Source of the DNA: Steroidobacteraceae bacterium
GTDB taxonomy: Bacteria > Pseudomonadota > Gammaproteobacteria > Steroidobacterales > Steroidobacteraceae
Direction: 5' to 3'
Length of the DNA stretch: 56,189 nt
NCBI GenBank assembly: GCA_035547375.1
Contig: DASZVD010000105.1
Location: forward strand, 1-56,189
Position 1 is the stretch's first letter. Each line of letters begins with the position of its first letter. The notes beneath the pieces were generated by a model. The model was given only the letters and a program-made list of their open reading frames with translations, made no database searches and had not been told where the DNA came from. A program made the translations under genes and the position numbers. Below, in pieces: positions 27,593 through 35,947 of this stretch.

Positions 27593-28704
27593 TGCTGTAC
27601 ATCCTCGTACATCTGCTTCAGCTTGACGCCGACCGCGTCGAACGACAGCTTCCGATCAAAATGGGCGCGTGTGATTCTGCGGGACAGGGGAGACAGCTGC
27701 CGAGCGACCCGCAGCAAGGCGCTGCACAGCGCGTCGGAATCGCCTACCGGCCAAAGAGCACCAACCGCTCCCGAAGCCGTCAGGCTGCGGAAGGAAGGGA
27801 TGTCCGTGACGACGGGCACCACTCCACACGCAAGGGCCTCCAACAAGGAATAGCCGCTGCCTTCCCGATGGCTGCCGAGCACGTACAGATCCGCCGCTTG
27901 CATCAGGCGTTCGATCCTGGCGTGCGGCAAGCGGCCCATGAGTTGGACGCGATTGTGGAGCACGGGATCCCTGGCCACGCGCCTCTGCACCGCCTGGAGT
28001 AACGGCGCACTCCCATAACAGCAATACAGCTTCAGTCCGTGCAGCGTGCGCGCCGCCTTCGAGATGCCGTCCAACACGGTCAGGGGATCTTTGTTCCCGT
28101 TCAGATGGCCTACCCAGACCACCAGCGGATCCCCGCCGATATCCAGCTCGCGGCGCGCGCGCTCGCGGTCGCCGGGCATGAACCGGCTCGTGGACTCCGG
28201 AATCTCATAGACCCGTGTCCGCGGGCCCAGCAGACCAGCGGAATGGAACGGCCGCGCCTGAGCGCGCGAGCAGAACGCAACTCCCGCGGAGACGTCAAAG
28301 CCTCGCTTCCACGACGGGCGGTGCCAGAGACGCGGGACACTGTCGGCGTGATCCTGCAGGACGATAGGAACCCCTCGCGAAATCCTGGCGAGAGCGACCA
28401 CATCGCGCGGGAACCCCAAGCCGTGCACGTGGATGACTTCCGGTTGCAGCTCATCCAGCAGCACGGTGAGGTCGGAGCTCAGCCGGCGTGCCGGCGTTGC
28501 GTTACCGAAAGGCAGGAAGTAGTAATGCACATTGTTTCGACACATCTCCTGGAGGTGCGTCGACGCCTGGATGACGGACACTTCCAGATTCGCGGCCGTG
28601 GCGCACTCGGCAACGTCACCCAGCGACGGCCAGGCTTTGAGCAACTCTTCCGGCCGGCGCCCGCTCGGGTCACTGAAAAAGCTCAACTGCGCCACGTGCA
28701 ACAC
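27589..28704 (-). CDS. glycosyltransferase family 4 (GT-B fold)
   Basis: MLHVAQLSFF... N terminus and HREGSGYSLLEALACGVVPVVTDIPS (EX7E-like) motif. ATGA overlap with the downstream ABC gene. Confidence 0.85.
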   Translation of the reverse strand: MLHVAQLSFFSDPSGRRPEELLKAWPSLGDVAECATAANLEVSVIQASTHLQEMCRNNVHYYFLPFGNATPARRLSSDLTVLLDELQPEVIHVHGLGFPRDVVALARISRGVPIVLQDHADSVPRLWHRPSWKRGFDVSAGVAFCSRAQARPFHSAGLLGPRTRVYEIPESTSRFMPGDRERARRELDIGGDPLVVWVGHLNGNKDPLTVLDGISKAARTLHGLKLYCCYGSAPLLQAVQRRVARDPVLHNRVQLMGRLPHARIERLMQAADLYVLGSHREGSGYSLLEALACGVVPVVTDIPSFRSLTASGAVGALWPVGDSDALCSALLRVARQLSPLSRRITRAHFDRKLSFDAVGVKLKQMYEDVQQ

Positions 28705-28717
28705 GGCTTCCGCCCGC

Positions 28718-30316
28718 TTACAGGCCGGTCACCCGAGGATCCCAAAGCCGAATGAGCTTCCTGGAAAAGCGCAGCTCCCAGGGCCGGTCGTACCGCCGAA
28801 ATCGATAACGCCACGAGGCCAGCGCCCGCAGAGCCGCCCTGCCCCACGGCGGCGAGCGCACATCCGTGGCTGTTGGAAACCGGCAGCCCAGGACAGTGGT
28901 GAAGTCGCGGATGCGTTGACGCAGCCGCTCGGAGACCCAGGGCGCGTCGCTGTGACACCAATAGTCGATCCACTCCGGCCGCGCCCATTCGTCCGCTGTC
29001 CTGGGAAACTCGACCGTGTTTCCCGCGCAGTCACGCAAACTCTTCGTGGCGCGCGCCACGGGCGCGTCAGCGATACCCGGGCGCGGCGGCAGCGGAGTGT
29101 AGACGTAGATCATGATCTCGGTCCGCGGATAGCGGCGCTTGATATGCCGGATGAACTCGAAGGTTCGCTCGGTCTCGCCCTCGGGGTCCTGAGGCGGCGC
29201 CAACATGAACGACAGCTCGGGAATGACTCCGTGGCGATGGCAGACCTCGACCGCCGCGAGCGTCTGGTCGGAGCGCGTGCCTTTGCGAATATCGTGCAGC
29301 AGCCAGTCGCTGGGCGACTCCGCCCCGATATAGGCCATCCGCAAACGACTCTTCCGCACCAGCTCCCAGGACGGCTCGGACAGATCGATGAGGGCGTCCG
29401 CCCGGGCAAAGCACCACCAGGGCAACCGGAGCTTCGCCAACACCTCGAGCAACGGCACCATATCGACTTCACGGTCGAAGAAATTGTGGTCGTAGAAGTT
29501 GATCGAGTCGGCGCCCAGCGTGTCGCCGAGGAACCGCAGGTCCTGCTCCAGGCGCACGGCGGTCGGCAGCGCCATCCTGCCGCGAAACATGGAGGCCACC
29601 CCACAGAACGTACAACGGAAGCGGCAACCGAGCGCGGCCTGATAGCCGGCGGTACGCTTGCCAAGAAAGGTCTGCGTCAGGTAGCGGCGCGGATTCTCCA
29701 ACCGCTCATACGGCAACCGGCTTCCGAGGCTGCGTTTCGAGAACGGACGCTCCCTGTTGTGCACGATCTCCGAGTCGTCCACGGCCCCGGCGCGGTTCAC
29801 GACCCCGTCGCCACGCACGACCGCGTCACCGTACACGGCCCCGGCGCCACGCGCGGCCCCGGCGCCGCGGCGCCAGCTGAGTCCCGCGATATGGGCCACG
29901 CGCTCCAGCTCATCTTCGCGGCCCAGAGCGTCGAACAGCTCGGTGAAAGTGTCCTCGCCCTGGCCCCTGACCGCGTAATCGACGTAGGGCTCGCGGAGCG
30001 CCGCTTCCGGACAAATCGTCGGAAAGTGACCACCCCAGACGATCGGCGTCGTCGGAGCACGCTCTCTGATTGCCTTCGACACAGCAATGGCGGTACGCAG
30101 CTGCGGCCCGCCCATGACACTCACACCGACAACATCGACGGGTCCCGATTCGAAAGAACGCAGGGCGGTCGCGACGAAGTTGCGGTCAACATTGCCGTCA
30201 ACGATCTGACACGATGCTCGCCCTTCCAATGCAGTGGCGAGACTCAGCACGGCAAGCGGAAAGCGCGCCGTGCGAGCCGAGGTGATGGTCGGATTGATGA
30301 GCAGGGCGCCTCTCAC
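28718..30316 (-). CDS. B12-binding domain radical SAM protein (3 of 3, divergent from the other two)
   Basis: N-terminal B12-binding-like segment (VVGVSVMGGPQLRTAIAVSKAIR...PIVWGGHFPT). Cluster motif CRFRCTFC. GTG 30316 chosen because it forms a GTGA overlap with the upstream stop. Confidence 0.9.
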   Translation of the reverse strand: MRGALLINPTITSARTARFPLAVLSLATALEGRASCQIVDGNVDRNFVATALRSFESGPVDVVGVSVMGGPQLRTAIAVSKAIRERAPTTPIVWGGHFPTICPEAALREPYVDYAVRGQGEDTFTELFDALGREDELERVAHIAGLSWRRGAGAARGAGAVYGDAVVRGDGVVNRAGAVDDSEIVHNRERPFSKRSLGSRLPYERLENPRRYLTQTFLGKRTAGYQAALGCRFRCTFCGVASMFRGRMALPTAVRLEQDLRFLGDTLGADSINFYDHNFFDREVDMVPLLEVLAKLRLPWWCFARADALIDLSEPSWELVRKSRLRMAYIGAESPSDWLLHDIRKGTRSDQTLAAVEVCHRHGVIPELSFMLAPPQDPEGETERTFEFIRHIKRRYPRTEIMIYVYTPLPPRPGIADAPVARATKSLRDCAGNTVEFPRTADEWARPEWIDYWCHSDAPWVSERLRQRIRDFTTVLGCRFPTATDVRSPPWGRAALRALASWRYRFRRYDRPWELRFSRKLIRLWDPRVTGL

Positions 30317-31482
30317 GCCGCTCTCCCCAGAACTTCGACTCCGGGCTCGAGGCAAGCCCAGTGCGGGTCGCTCATCACCACGTCCACTTCCGAGGCGATG
30401 CACTTGTTGCGGCCATCAACCCGTACGGCAACCGAGCGAGACTCCGCCATCAGCTGCGAGGCATAGTCCGGGTCGCCACAGCGCACGCTCCCTCCCGACA
30501 CGACCAGGCGAACATCCTTGCGCGCAGCCTGGGTCAGCGGTGTATTCGCGGGGAAAACCACGAGATCCGCTCGAGCGCCGGGTCGCAAGGCTCCGCGGTC
30601 GGTCAGGCGCAGCAGCCGGGCGCTGCTGTCGGTCACCAAGGACTGCAACAGGGGCTCGTCCAGAACACCCAACTCCGCTGCCACGCGCAGCTCGTCCAGC
30701 AGGTCGCGCGCCCCGCTCAATCGCGAATCCGTGCCCAGGGCGACACGCCCGCGGTGCGCCAGATCGGTGACCTCGGCGGTCGCATCGAACAACCGCAGGT
30801 TCGAGCTCGGACACCAGACCAGGCCTGCCGCGGCTCGTTCGACCTTTGCCCGGCCGTTCCGATCCAACGCGACACCGTGCACGAGCAGAGTGTTCGGCCC
30901 GAGGCAGCCGAGCGCATCGAGACGATCCAGCTCGGCGGCGGCCGGCGCGTCGACGCCCTCGGCTGCATGAATGATCCACGGCCAGCCGGCGGGCGTGTGC
31001 CGGTGCGCGGCCTGGACTTTCTGCGGACCGTCGATCTCCAACGAGTGCGACCAGCCGTAACGATCCAAGACCTGCGTCGGATAACCCGTGCTCGTCAGGA
31101 CCGGATACAAGGGATCGTGGTGCACCACCGTGGTGACACCGCTGAGAAGATTCTTGATGCCACCGTGCAGCAGCCGGGCGTCCCGCGGTATCGCCTTGCA
31201 CGCGACAAAGGCGCTCTCGTTGAGAAAGCGGCTGTTCAGGTCCGCGATCCACTCGCCGGCGTTGCGGTATTTGCGGCCGTAGTGCGGCGTGGGAAAACTG
31301 TTCAACTGCAGATGATCATGGGCGTTGATGAGCCCGGGCAGCAGGCGGTCTCCGTCCAGATCCACCACCCGGTCCCGCGGCACGGCTTGCGCCCCGATCG
31401 AGGCGATGCGCGAGCCTTCGATCCGCAATGTCGACGGCAGGCGCGGTCCCATATCAGCGTTGACGAACGTCAATCCGCGCAT
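30313..31482 (-). CDS. amidohydrolase superfamily protein (metal-dependent hydrolase)
   Basis: PGLINAHDHLQLN carries the HxH metal-binding motif, with later HG/H and D positions typical of the superfamily. ATG 31482 chosen. Confidence 0.8.
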   Translation of the reverse strand: MRGLTFVNADMGPRLPSTLRIEGSRIASIGAQAVPRDRVVDLDGDRLLPGLINAHDHLQLNSFPTPHYGRKYRNAGEWIADLNSRFLNESAFVACKAIPRDARLLHGGIKNLLSGVTTVVHHDPLYPVLTSTGYPTQVLDRYGWSHSLEIDGPQKVQAAHRHTPAGWPWIIHAAEGVDAPAAAELDRLDALGCLGPNTLLVHGVALDRNGRAKVERAAAGLVWCPSSNLRLFDATAEVTDLAHRGRVALGTDSRLSGARDLLDELRVAAELGVLDEPLLQSLVTDSSARLLRLTDRGALRPGARADLVVFPANTPLTQAARKDVRLVVSGGSVRCGDPDYASQLMAESRSVAVRVDGRNKCIASEVDVVMSDPHWACLEPGVEVLGRAA

Positions 31483-32162
31483 GGCGCCCTCTTCCGCGCA
31501 CGGACGATCAACACGAGAGGCAATCCGTGCCACTGCCGATAGAAGGCCTCGGAGCCCGCGAACGGCTCGCTGACTTCCATACCCGCGCGCAGCTCCTGGA
31601 CCGCCTCGATACGGAAGCCGACCGAGCCGGCAGCGCCGGTTTGTGATGCGACGTCGTAGGCGTTATGTGACAGGGTATAGGTATGCCCCTGTCCATCCTT
31701 GAACGTGCGCGTCAACCCTGCATGAGCAGCCTCGGGATGAAAATCCGAATAGAGCAGCTCACCCCCTGTGTCGAGCACGCGTGACACTTCACTCATCCAT
31801 TGCAACAGGCTGAAGGCGTGCCCGACTGCAAGTCCTGAGATGACGACGTCGAATACGCTGCTCCCGAACGGCAAGCTCATCATGTTCGCCCGGATTCGCG
31901 GACAATCGGTCACGCGACGCAACATGGCCGCCGAGAAATCGAGAGCCGTGACGGAGCGGGCGCCGGAGTCGATCAGCAGCCGCGTGTAGCGTCCCGTGCC
32001 GCACGCGAGATCCAGCGCCCGCCGGCCGTTCACGGGGGGCCATCGTTCCAGCATGCCCCGCTGCTCGGCACGCATGAGTGGGTTATGCGGGAACGCCGAG
32101 TAGGTCGGAGCCCAGCGCTCGTACGCTTCCAATGTTGAACAGACAGGCTGGCCCGATTGCAC
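31470..32162 (-). CDS. class I SAM-dependent methyltransferase
   Basis: ALDLACGTGRYTRLLIDSGARSVTALDFS motif I/II. GTG start at 32162, 9 nt after the upstream stop. Confidence 0.85.
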   Translation of the reverse strand: MQSGQPVCSTLEAYERWAPTYSAFPHNPLMRAEQRGMLERWPPVNGRRALDLACGTGRYTRLLIDSGARSVTALDFSAAMLRRVTDCPRIRANMMSLPFGSSVFDVVISGLAVGHAFSLLQWMSEVSRVLDTGGELLYSDFHPEAAHAGLTRTFKDGQGHTYTLSHNAYDVASQTGAAGSVGFRIEAVQELRAGMEVSEPFAGSEAFYRQWHGLPLVLIVRARKRAPCAD

Positions 32163-32171
32163 GGGGACAAC

Positions 32172-33170
32172 TCACGCGCTCGCCCGGAGCGGCTCCCGGG
32201 GCAACAGCGTGTCGCCTCGTTGGAAGTCGCGCCAAAGGGGACAAACGCAGGTTCGGCACTCGGGACGGGCGCCATTACGAATCTGCGCCCGCAGCTCCTT
32301 CATCGGCCCGCTGTCCAGCACCGCCCGCAGATCTCCCGGCGTCGGCGGCCCCGGGATGAAGAAACAGGGCCGCACCTGTCCGCCGGCCTCCACCACGGCG
32401 GAAAACTCCGGCGCGTTGCAACGAACCGGCGGATAGGCCCCGCACCCGCGCAGAGCCGAGAAATAGCGCAGCAGGCGCCGCAGTTTCTGCGGACTCTCGG
32501 CAATGAGCCCTGACTCGAACGCGTTGGCGTGATTGCGCTCCAGATCCTGAAGGACCTCCTCGAACACCGGCAAGTCCTCGGGTCCCAGGGCAACCTCCGA
32601 AACGAAGTCCCCAGCGCGGGCGAACGCATGAGGGTTGGCAACGTCCACTGCCAGGAACGAGATCTGGCGGACACCCAGCCGGCGCGCGAGGGGAACGAAG
32701 CCCGGCAGCTCCCGATAGTTCGCTCGTTGCACCGTGATCCGCAAACTGACCGGCGCGCCGGCTGCCGTGGCCGCGCTGATCCCTTCACAAACTTTGTCGA
32801 ACGCGTCCAGACCGCGAATCGCGGCATATGTCCCGCGACAGGTACCGTCCAATGAAACCGTGACCGCAGCAAACAAGTCAGCGACGCGACGCGCGTGCTT
32901 GGCCAGCGAGAGGCCCGAGGTCAACAGCCACAACTGCAGTCCCCGACGCCGCAGCAACTCTGCAATCGCCGCCCACTGTGGATTCAGAAGCGGCTCGCCG
33001 CCGGAGATCAGCACGACCTCGGTCTTCAGGTCAGCGAGGCTGGGCAACAGGCGCTCCACGGCCGCCAGGTCCATGTCGGCGCGACCGTGACGCCAGTAGT
33101 CGCACGTGACACAACGTGAATTGCAGCGCTCGCTCAGGTAGAGAGTCAGCAACGGAAGTCGGCTGCTCAC
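32172..33170 (-). CDS. radical SAM protein with C-terminal SPASM/twitch-like Cys-rich domain
   Basis: Cluster motif CNSRCVTC. C-terminal cysteines are CNAPEFSAVVEAGGQVRPC and CRTCVC. GTG 33170 forms a GTGA overlap with the upstream stop. No N-terminal PqqD/RRE-like extension remains with this start. Confidence 0.85.
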   Translation of the reverse strand: MSSRLPLLTLYLSERCNSRCVTCDYWRHGRADMDLAAVERLLPSLADLKTEVVLISGGEPLLNPQWAAIAELLRRRGLQLWLLTSGLSLAKHARRVADLFAAVTVSLDGTCRGTYAAIRGLDAFDKVCEGISAATAAGAPVSLRITVQRANYRELPGFVPLARRLGVRQISFLAVDVANPHAFARAGDFVSEVALGPEDLPVFEEVLQDLERNHANAFESGLIAESPQKLRRLLRYFSALRGCGAYPPVRCNAPEFSAVVEAGGQVRPCFFIPGPPTPGDLRAVLDSGPMKELRAQIRNGARPECRTCVCPLWRDFQRGDTLLPREPLRASA

Positions 33171-33958
33171 ACGGGATCGCCCGTCAGACGGGTCGCCTCC
33201 ATCACATAGTGATCCGCCAGGTGCGCCAGGACACTCCACCGCTGTGCGATGCTCTCGAGGCGCGTCAGGGCATTCAACAGAAGGGGCCGGCGCTCCAGCC
33301 AGGGACCTGCGTAACTCGGTGGCAACGCGAACCCGAGCGGCGCCACGCATTCAATCTTGAAATGCCGGCGCAGCGCGGCCGTGAGCTGTACCGGCGTCGG
33401 GTAGAGGATGCGCATCCCGCGCCAGCTCACGCCCCCGGGAGTGAATCGCCGCCACGCCTTCTTCCACTCGCCCCGGACCGAGTACCAGAGCCATTCCCAA
33501 GGCACGTGACGCCCCATGACCACCCAGACGAGCCGCGCTCCCGGCTTCAGGCGCAGGGCCACCTGCTCGGCGAGGGACGCGACATCCCCAACACAATTGA
33601 TCGCGCCGAAGTTCGACAGAACCCCATCGAAGCGCTCCCCCTCGAGCACCGTCGCGAGCTGCTCCATGGAGAGGCAGTGCAGCTCGAGGTGTCCTGAATG
33701 TCCCTGCGTCCGGGCCTTCTGCCGTGTGACCTGGATCATCCGCGCCGAGCTGTCGAGCGCCACGACCTCACAGCCCTGTCGGGCGAGGTATAGAGCGTCC
33801 TCTCCCGTTCCGCACCCGAGCTCGAGAATGCGGCACGGCGCCGGAAACGCCCGCTCAAGCCGCGACCAGACGAGCTCGCGCAGCGCTTTACCGATCGCCG
33901 ATCCGGTGAACGACGCGTCGTACTCCCAGGCCAGCTCATCGAAGGGTCGGACCCGCAA
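33167..33958 (-). CDS. class I SAM-dependent methyltransferase (first gene of the minus-strand operon)
   Basis: ILELGCGTGEDALYLARQGCEVVALDSS motif I/II. TTG start at 33958 is preceded by AAGGAGG with a 6-nt spacer. Confidence 0.85.
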   Translation of the reverse strand: MRVRPFDELAWEYDASFTGSAIGKALRELVWSRLERAFPAPCRILELGCGTGEDALYLARQGCEVVALDSSARMIQVTRQKARTQGHSGHLELHCLSMEQLATVLEGERFDGVLSNFGAINCVGDVASLAEQVALRLKPGARLVWVVMGRHVPWEWLWYSVRGEWKKAWRRFTPGGVSWRGMRILYPTPVQLTAALRRHFKIECVAPLGFALPPSYAGPWLERRPLLLNALTRLESIAQRWSVLAHLADHYVMEATRLTGDPV

Positions 33959-34053
33959 CTTACGCCTCCTTCTCGTCCCTTAATTAATTACGCCGCCGCC
34001 TCCTCCTCGCCCCTTACGCCTCCTCCTCGCCTCCTTACGCCTCCCTCCTCGCC
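33959..34053 (-). repeat. four tandem purine-rich Shine-Dalgarno-like repeat units plus a TAATTAATTAA triple-frame stop
   Basis: Minus strand reads GCGAGGAGGGAGGCGTAAGGAG / GCGAGGAGGAGGCGTAAGGG / GCGAGGAGGAGGCGGCGGCGTAATTAATTAAGGG / ACGAGAAGGAGGCGTAAG, followed by the TTG start. Confidence 0.85.
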
Positions 34054-34197
34054 CGAAGATGAGTCGCGCGCCTTCCCGGAAAGGTTCAAAGTGGGGGCCC
34101 GGAGGGCGGGAACGGGCCGCCGGCGCTTGCGGCGACATATGAGAAATCATAGTATCCGGCCGAAACTTTAGATCTGAAGCGTTCGCGCAGCACCGCC

Positions 34198-34452
34198 ATG
34201 GCCGATCTCCCCGCCGCTCTGCCTGCCGCCCTGGCCGGCCCCTGCTCCGTCGCGCTGAAGGTGGGCCGGACGTATTTCTGGTGCTCCTGCGGACGCAGTC
34301 GACGCCAACCCTTCTGCGACGGCTCGCACGCCGGAACCGCATTCACGCCGCTGCGATTCGCGCCGAGCGCGGACCACAGCGCCGTCTTGTGCGGCTGCAA
34401 GCGCACCGCCGCCGGGCCGTTTTGCGACTGCAGCCCGAATGAGCACGCCTGA
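34198..34452 (+). CDS. CDGSH iron-sulfur domain protein
   Basis: CSCGRSRRQPFCDGSH is a canonical CDGSH [2Fe-2S] motif. A second motif, CGCKRTAAGPFCDCSPNEH, is degenerate. Confidence 0.85.
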   Translation: MADLPAALPAALAGPCSVALKVGRTYFWCSCGRSRRQPFCDGSHAGTAFTPLRFAPSADHSAVLCGCKRTAAGPFCDCSPNEHA

Positions 34453-34490
34453 GGCATGAGCGAGCGTGCGCCGCGATTTCCTGGAGTGAC

Positions 34491-35888
34491 ATGGATACAT
34501 CCCTGATCGCGGCACGCGAGGGGGGCCTCAACCAGGCTCTCACCCGCGCCCAAGTCATCATGATCGGGCTGGGCGGCGCCATCGGCACCGGCCTCTTCAT
34601 GGGCAGCGGGCTCGCCATCGGCTACGCCGGCCCCGCGGTGGTGCTCAGCTTTGCGATCGCGGCGCTGGCTGCGGTCGCGATCGTGTTCAGCCTGTCCGAG
34701 ATGGCGGTGGTCCACCCCACGGCAGGCTCGTTCGGCACTTACGCTGAGATTTATCTCAATCCCTGGGCCGGGTTCATCGTCCGCTACGCCTACTGGCTGG
34801 CGCAGGTCATTGCCGTCGGCGGCGAGGCCGTGGCGGCCGGTGTGTACATGACCTTCTGGTTCCCCGGGACGCCGGTCTGGCTGTGGTCGCTCGGCTTCGC
34901 CTTCGTGCTGTTGTATTTCAACTCCCGCTCGGTCCACAACTTCGGCGCCATCGAGTACTGGTTCGCCATGATCAAGGTGGTGGCCATCGTGCTGTTCATC
35001 GTGCTCGGCGCCAGCATGATCTTCGGGCTCGGACATCAGGCGACCGGGTTCCACAACCTCACGGGCCTGCCGGGCGGATTCATGCCGCACGGCTTCGGCG
35101 GCGTGTGGATGGCGGTGTTGGTCGGTGTGCTGTCCTTCAACGGCATCGAGGTCATCGCGGTGACCTCGGGTGAGACACGCAACCCGGTCAAGGACATCCC
35201 TGCCGCCCTGCGCAACATGGGACTGCGCTTGTTCCTGTTTTACATTCTCGCGTTGGGGATCGTGGTGACCATCGTGCCGTGGACCGAGACCGGCGCGCAG
35301 ATCGTCACCCAGAGCCCGTTCGTGCGCGTCTTCGCCGACTCCGGCATCCGGCACGCCGCCGGCATCATGAACTTCGTCGTCCTGACGGCGGCGCTGTCGA
35401 GCATGAACACCAACGTTTACCTGTGCTCGCGCATGCTGTTCTCGCTCTCCCGCGGCGACTTCGCGCCCCGCTTCCTCGGCAAGCTGAGTAAAAACGGCAC
35501 CCCCGTCGCGGCCATCCTGGTCTCGGGCGCGTGCATTCTCCTGGCCGCCGGCGTCTCGAAACTGACTCCGCGCGCCTACAACTATCTCTTCGGCATCGCT
35601 CTCTTTGACGCGATGATCGTCTGGGTAGCCATTCTCCTGAGCCACCTGAGCTTCCGGCGCCGCTTCCGCAAGGCGGACCTCCCGGTGCGCATGCCCCTTT
35701 TTCCGTTCGTGCAGCTCGTCGGGCTCGCTGTGCTGTTCGCGGTCATGATCACCATGGGCCTGGACAAGGAGGTGTGGGGCATCTCCTGGATCGTCGGCAT
35801 CCCTTTCCTGGGAGTGCTCTCCATCGCCTATTTCGTCCGCAAGGGCCGCCGCAACCGCGCCGCGGCGTGTGTCGCGGCCGATGATTGA
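34491..35888 (+). CDS. amino acid permease (APC superfamily)
   Basis: About 12 TM segments. The N-terminal LTRAQVIMIGLGGAIGTGLFMGSG consensus is typical of AAT-family permeases. Confidence 0.9.
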   Translation: MDTSLIAAREGGLNQALTRAQVIMIGLGGAIGTGLFMGSGLAIGYAGPAVVLSFAIAALAAVAIVFSLSEMAVVHPTAGSFGTYAEIYLNPWAGFIVRYAYWLAQVIAVGGEAVAAGVYMTFWFPGTPVWLWSLGFAFVLLYFNSRSVHNFGAIEYWFAMIKVVAIVLFIVLGASMIFGLGHQATGFHNLTGLPGGFMPHGFGGVWMAVLVGVLSFNGIEVIAVTSGETRNPVKDIPAALRNMGLRLFLFYILALGIVVTIVPWTETGAQIVTQSPFVRVFADSGIRHAAGIMNFVVLTAALSSMNTNVYLCSRMLFSLSRGDFAPRFLGKLSKNGTPVAAILVSGACILLAAGVSKLTPRAYNYLFGIALFDAMIVWVAILLSHLSFRRRFRKADLPVRMPLFPFVQLVGLAVLFAVMITMGLDKEVWGISWIVGIPFLGVLSIAYFVRKGRRNRAAACVAADD

Positions 35889-35947
35889 GTAGTTATATGA
35901 AATTGCATATGATTCTCCTCCCCCCGCTTTACCCCTGAACGCCCCCC

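Noticed and set aside
28532-30466. 644-aa plus-strand ORF opposite the GT4 and B12-radical SAM genes
   Set aside because: The opposite strand carries clear GT4 and CxxxCxxC radical SAM motifs. This frame gives an Arg/Pro-rich product with no motifs.
16896-33958. Interpreting the locus as a lasso-peptide or other known RiPP cluster because of the HprK-like and NTP_transf_5-like genes
   Set aside because: No precursor, no PqqD/RRE, no transglutaminase-like protease, no asparagine-synthase-like cyclase, and no C39 peptidase domain on the ABC transporter could be found by eye. It is reported as an unassigned locus instead.
33959-34053. Tandem repeats here and at 38183-38272 considered as CRISPR arrays
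   Set aside because: The units are 17-34 bp, contiguous and without unique spacers of spacer-like length. No cas genes are in the window.
34059-34142. 27-aa plus-strand ORF (MSRAPSRKGSKWGPGGRERAAGACGDI) considered as a possible precursor peptide for the radical SAM locus
   Set aside because: It has no Shine-Dalgarno sequence and points away from the operon. Its composition is typical of random GC-rich frames. No leader/core-like features or Cys/Ser/Thr-rich core are present. It is worth testing only if peptidomics suggests a product.
33980-34342. 120-aa minus-strand ORF covering the repeat leader and running antisense to the CDGSH gene
   Set aside because: The product is almost pure Arg/Gly/Lys low complexity generated by the purine-rich repeats. 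It overlaps a well-supported CDGSH gene on the other strand.
34086-35645. 519-aa minus-strand ORF opposite the CDGSH and permease genes
   Set aside because: Antisense to a 12-TM APC permease with its canonical N-terminal consensus. Shadow ORF.
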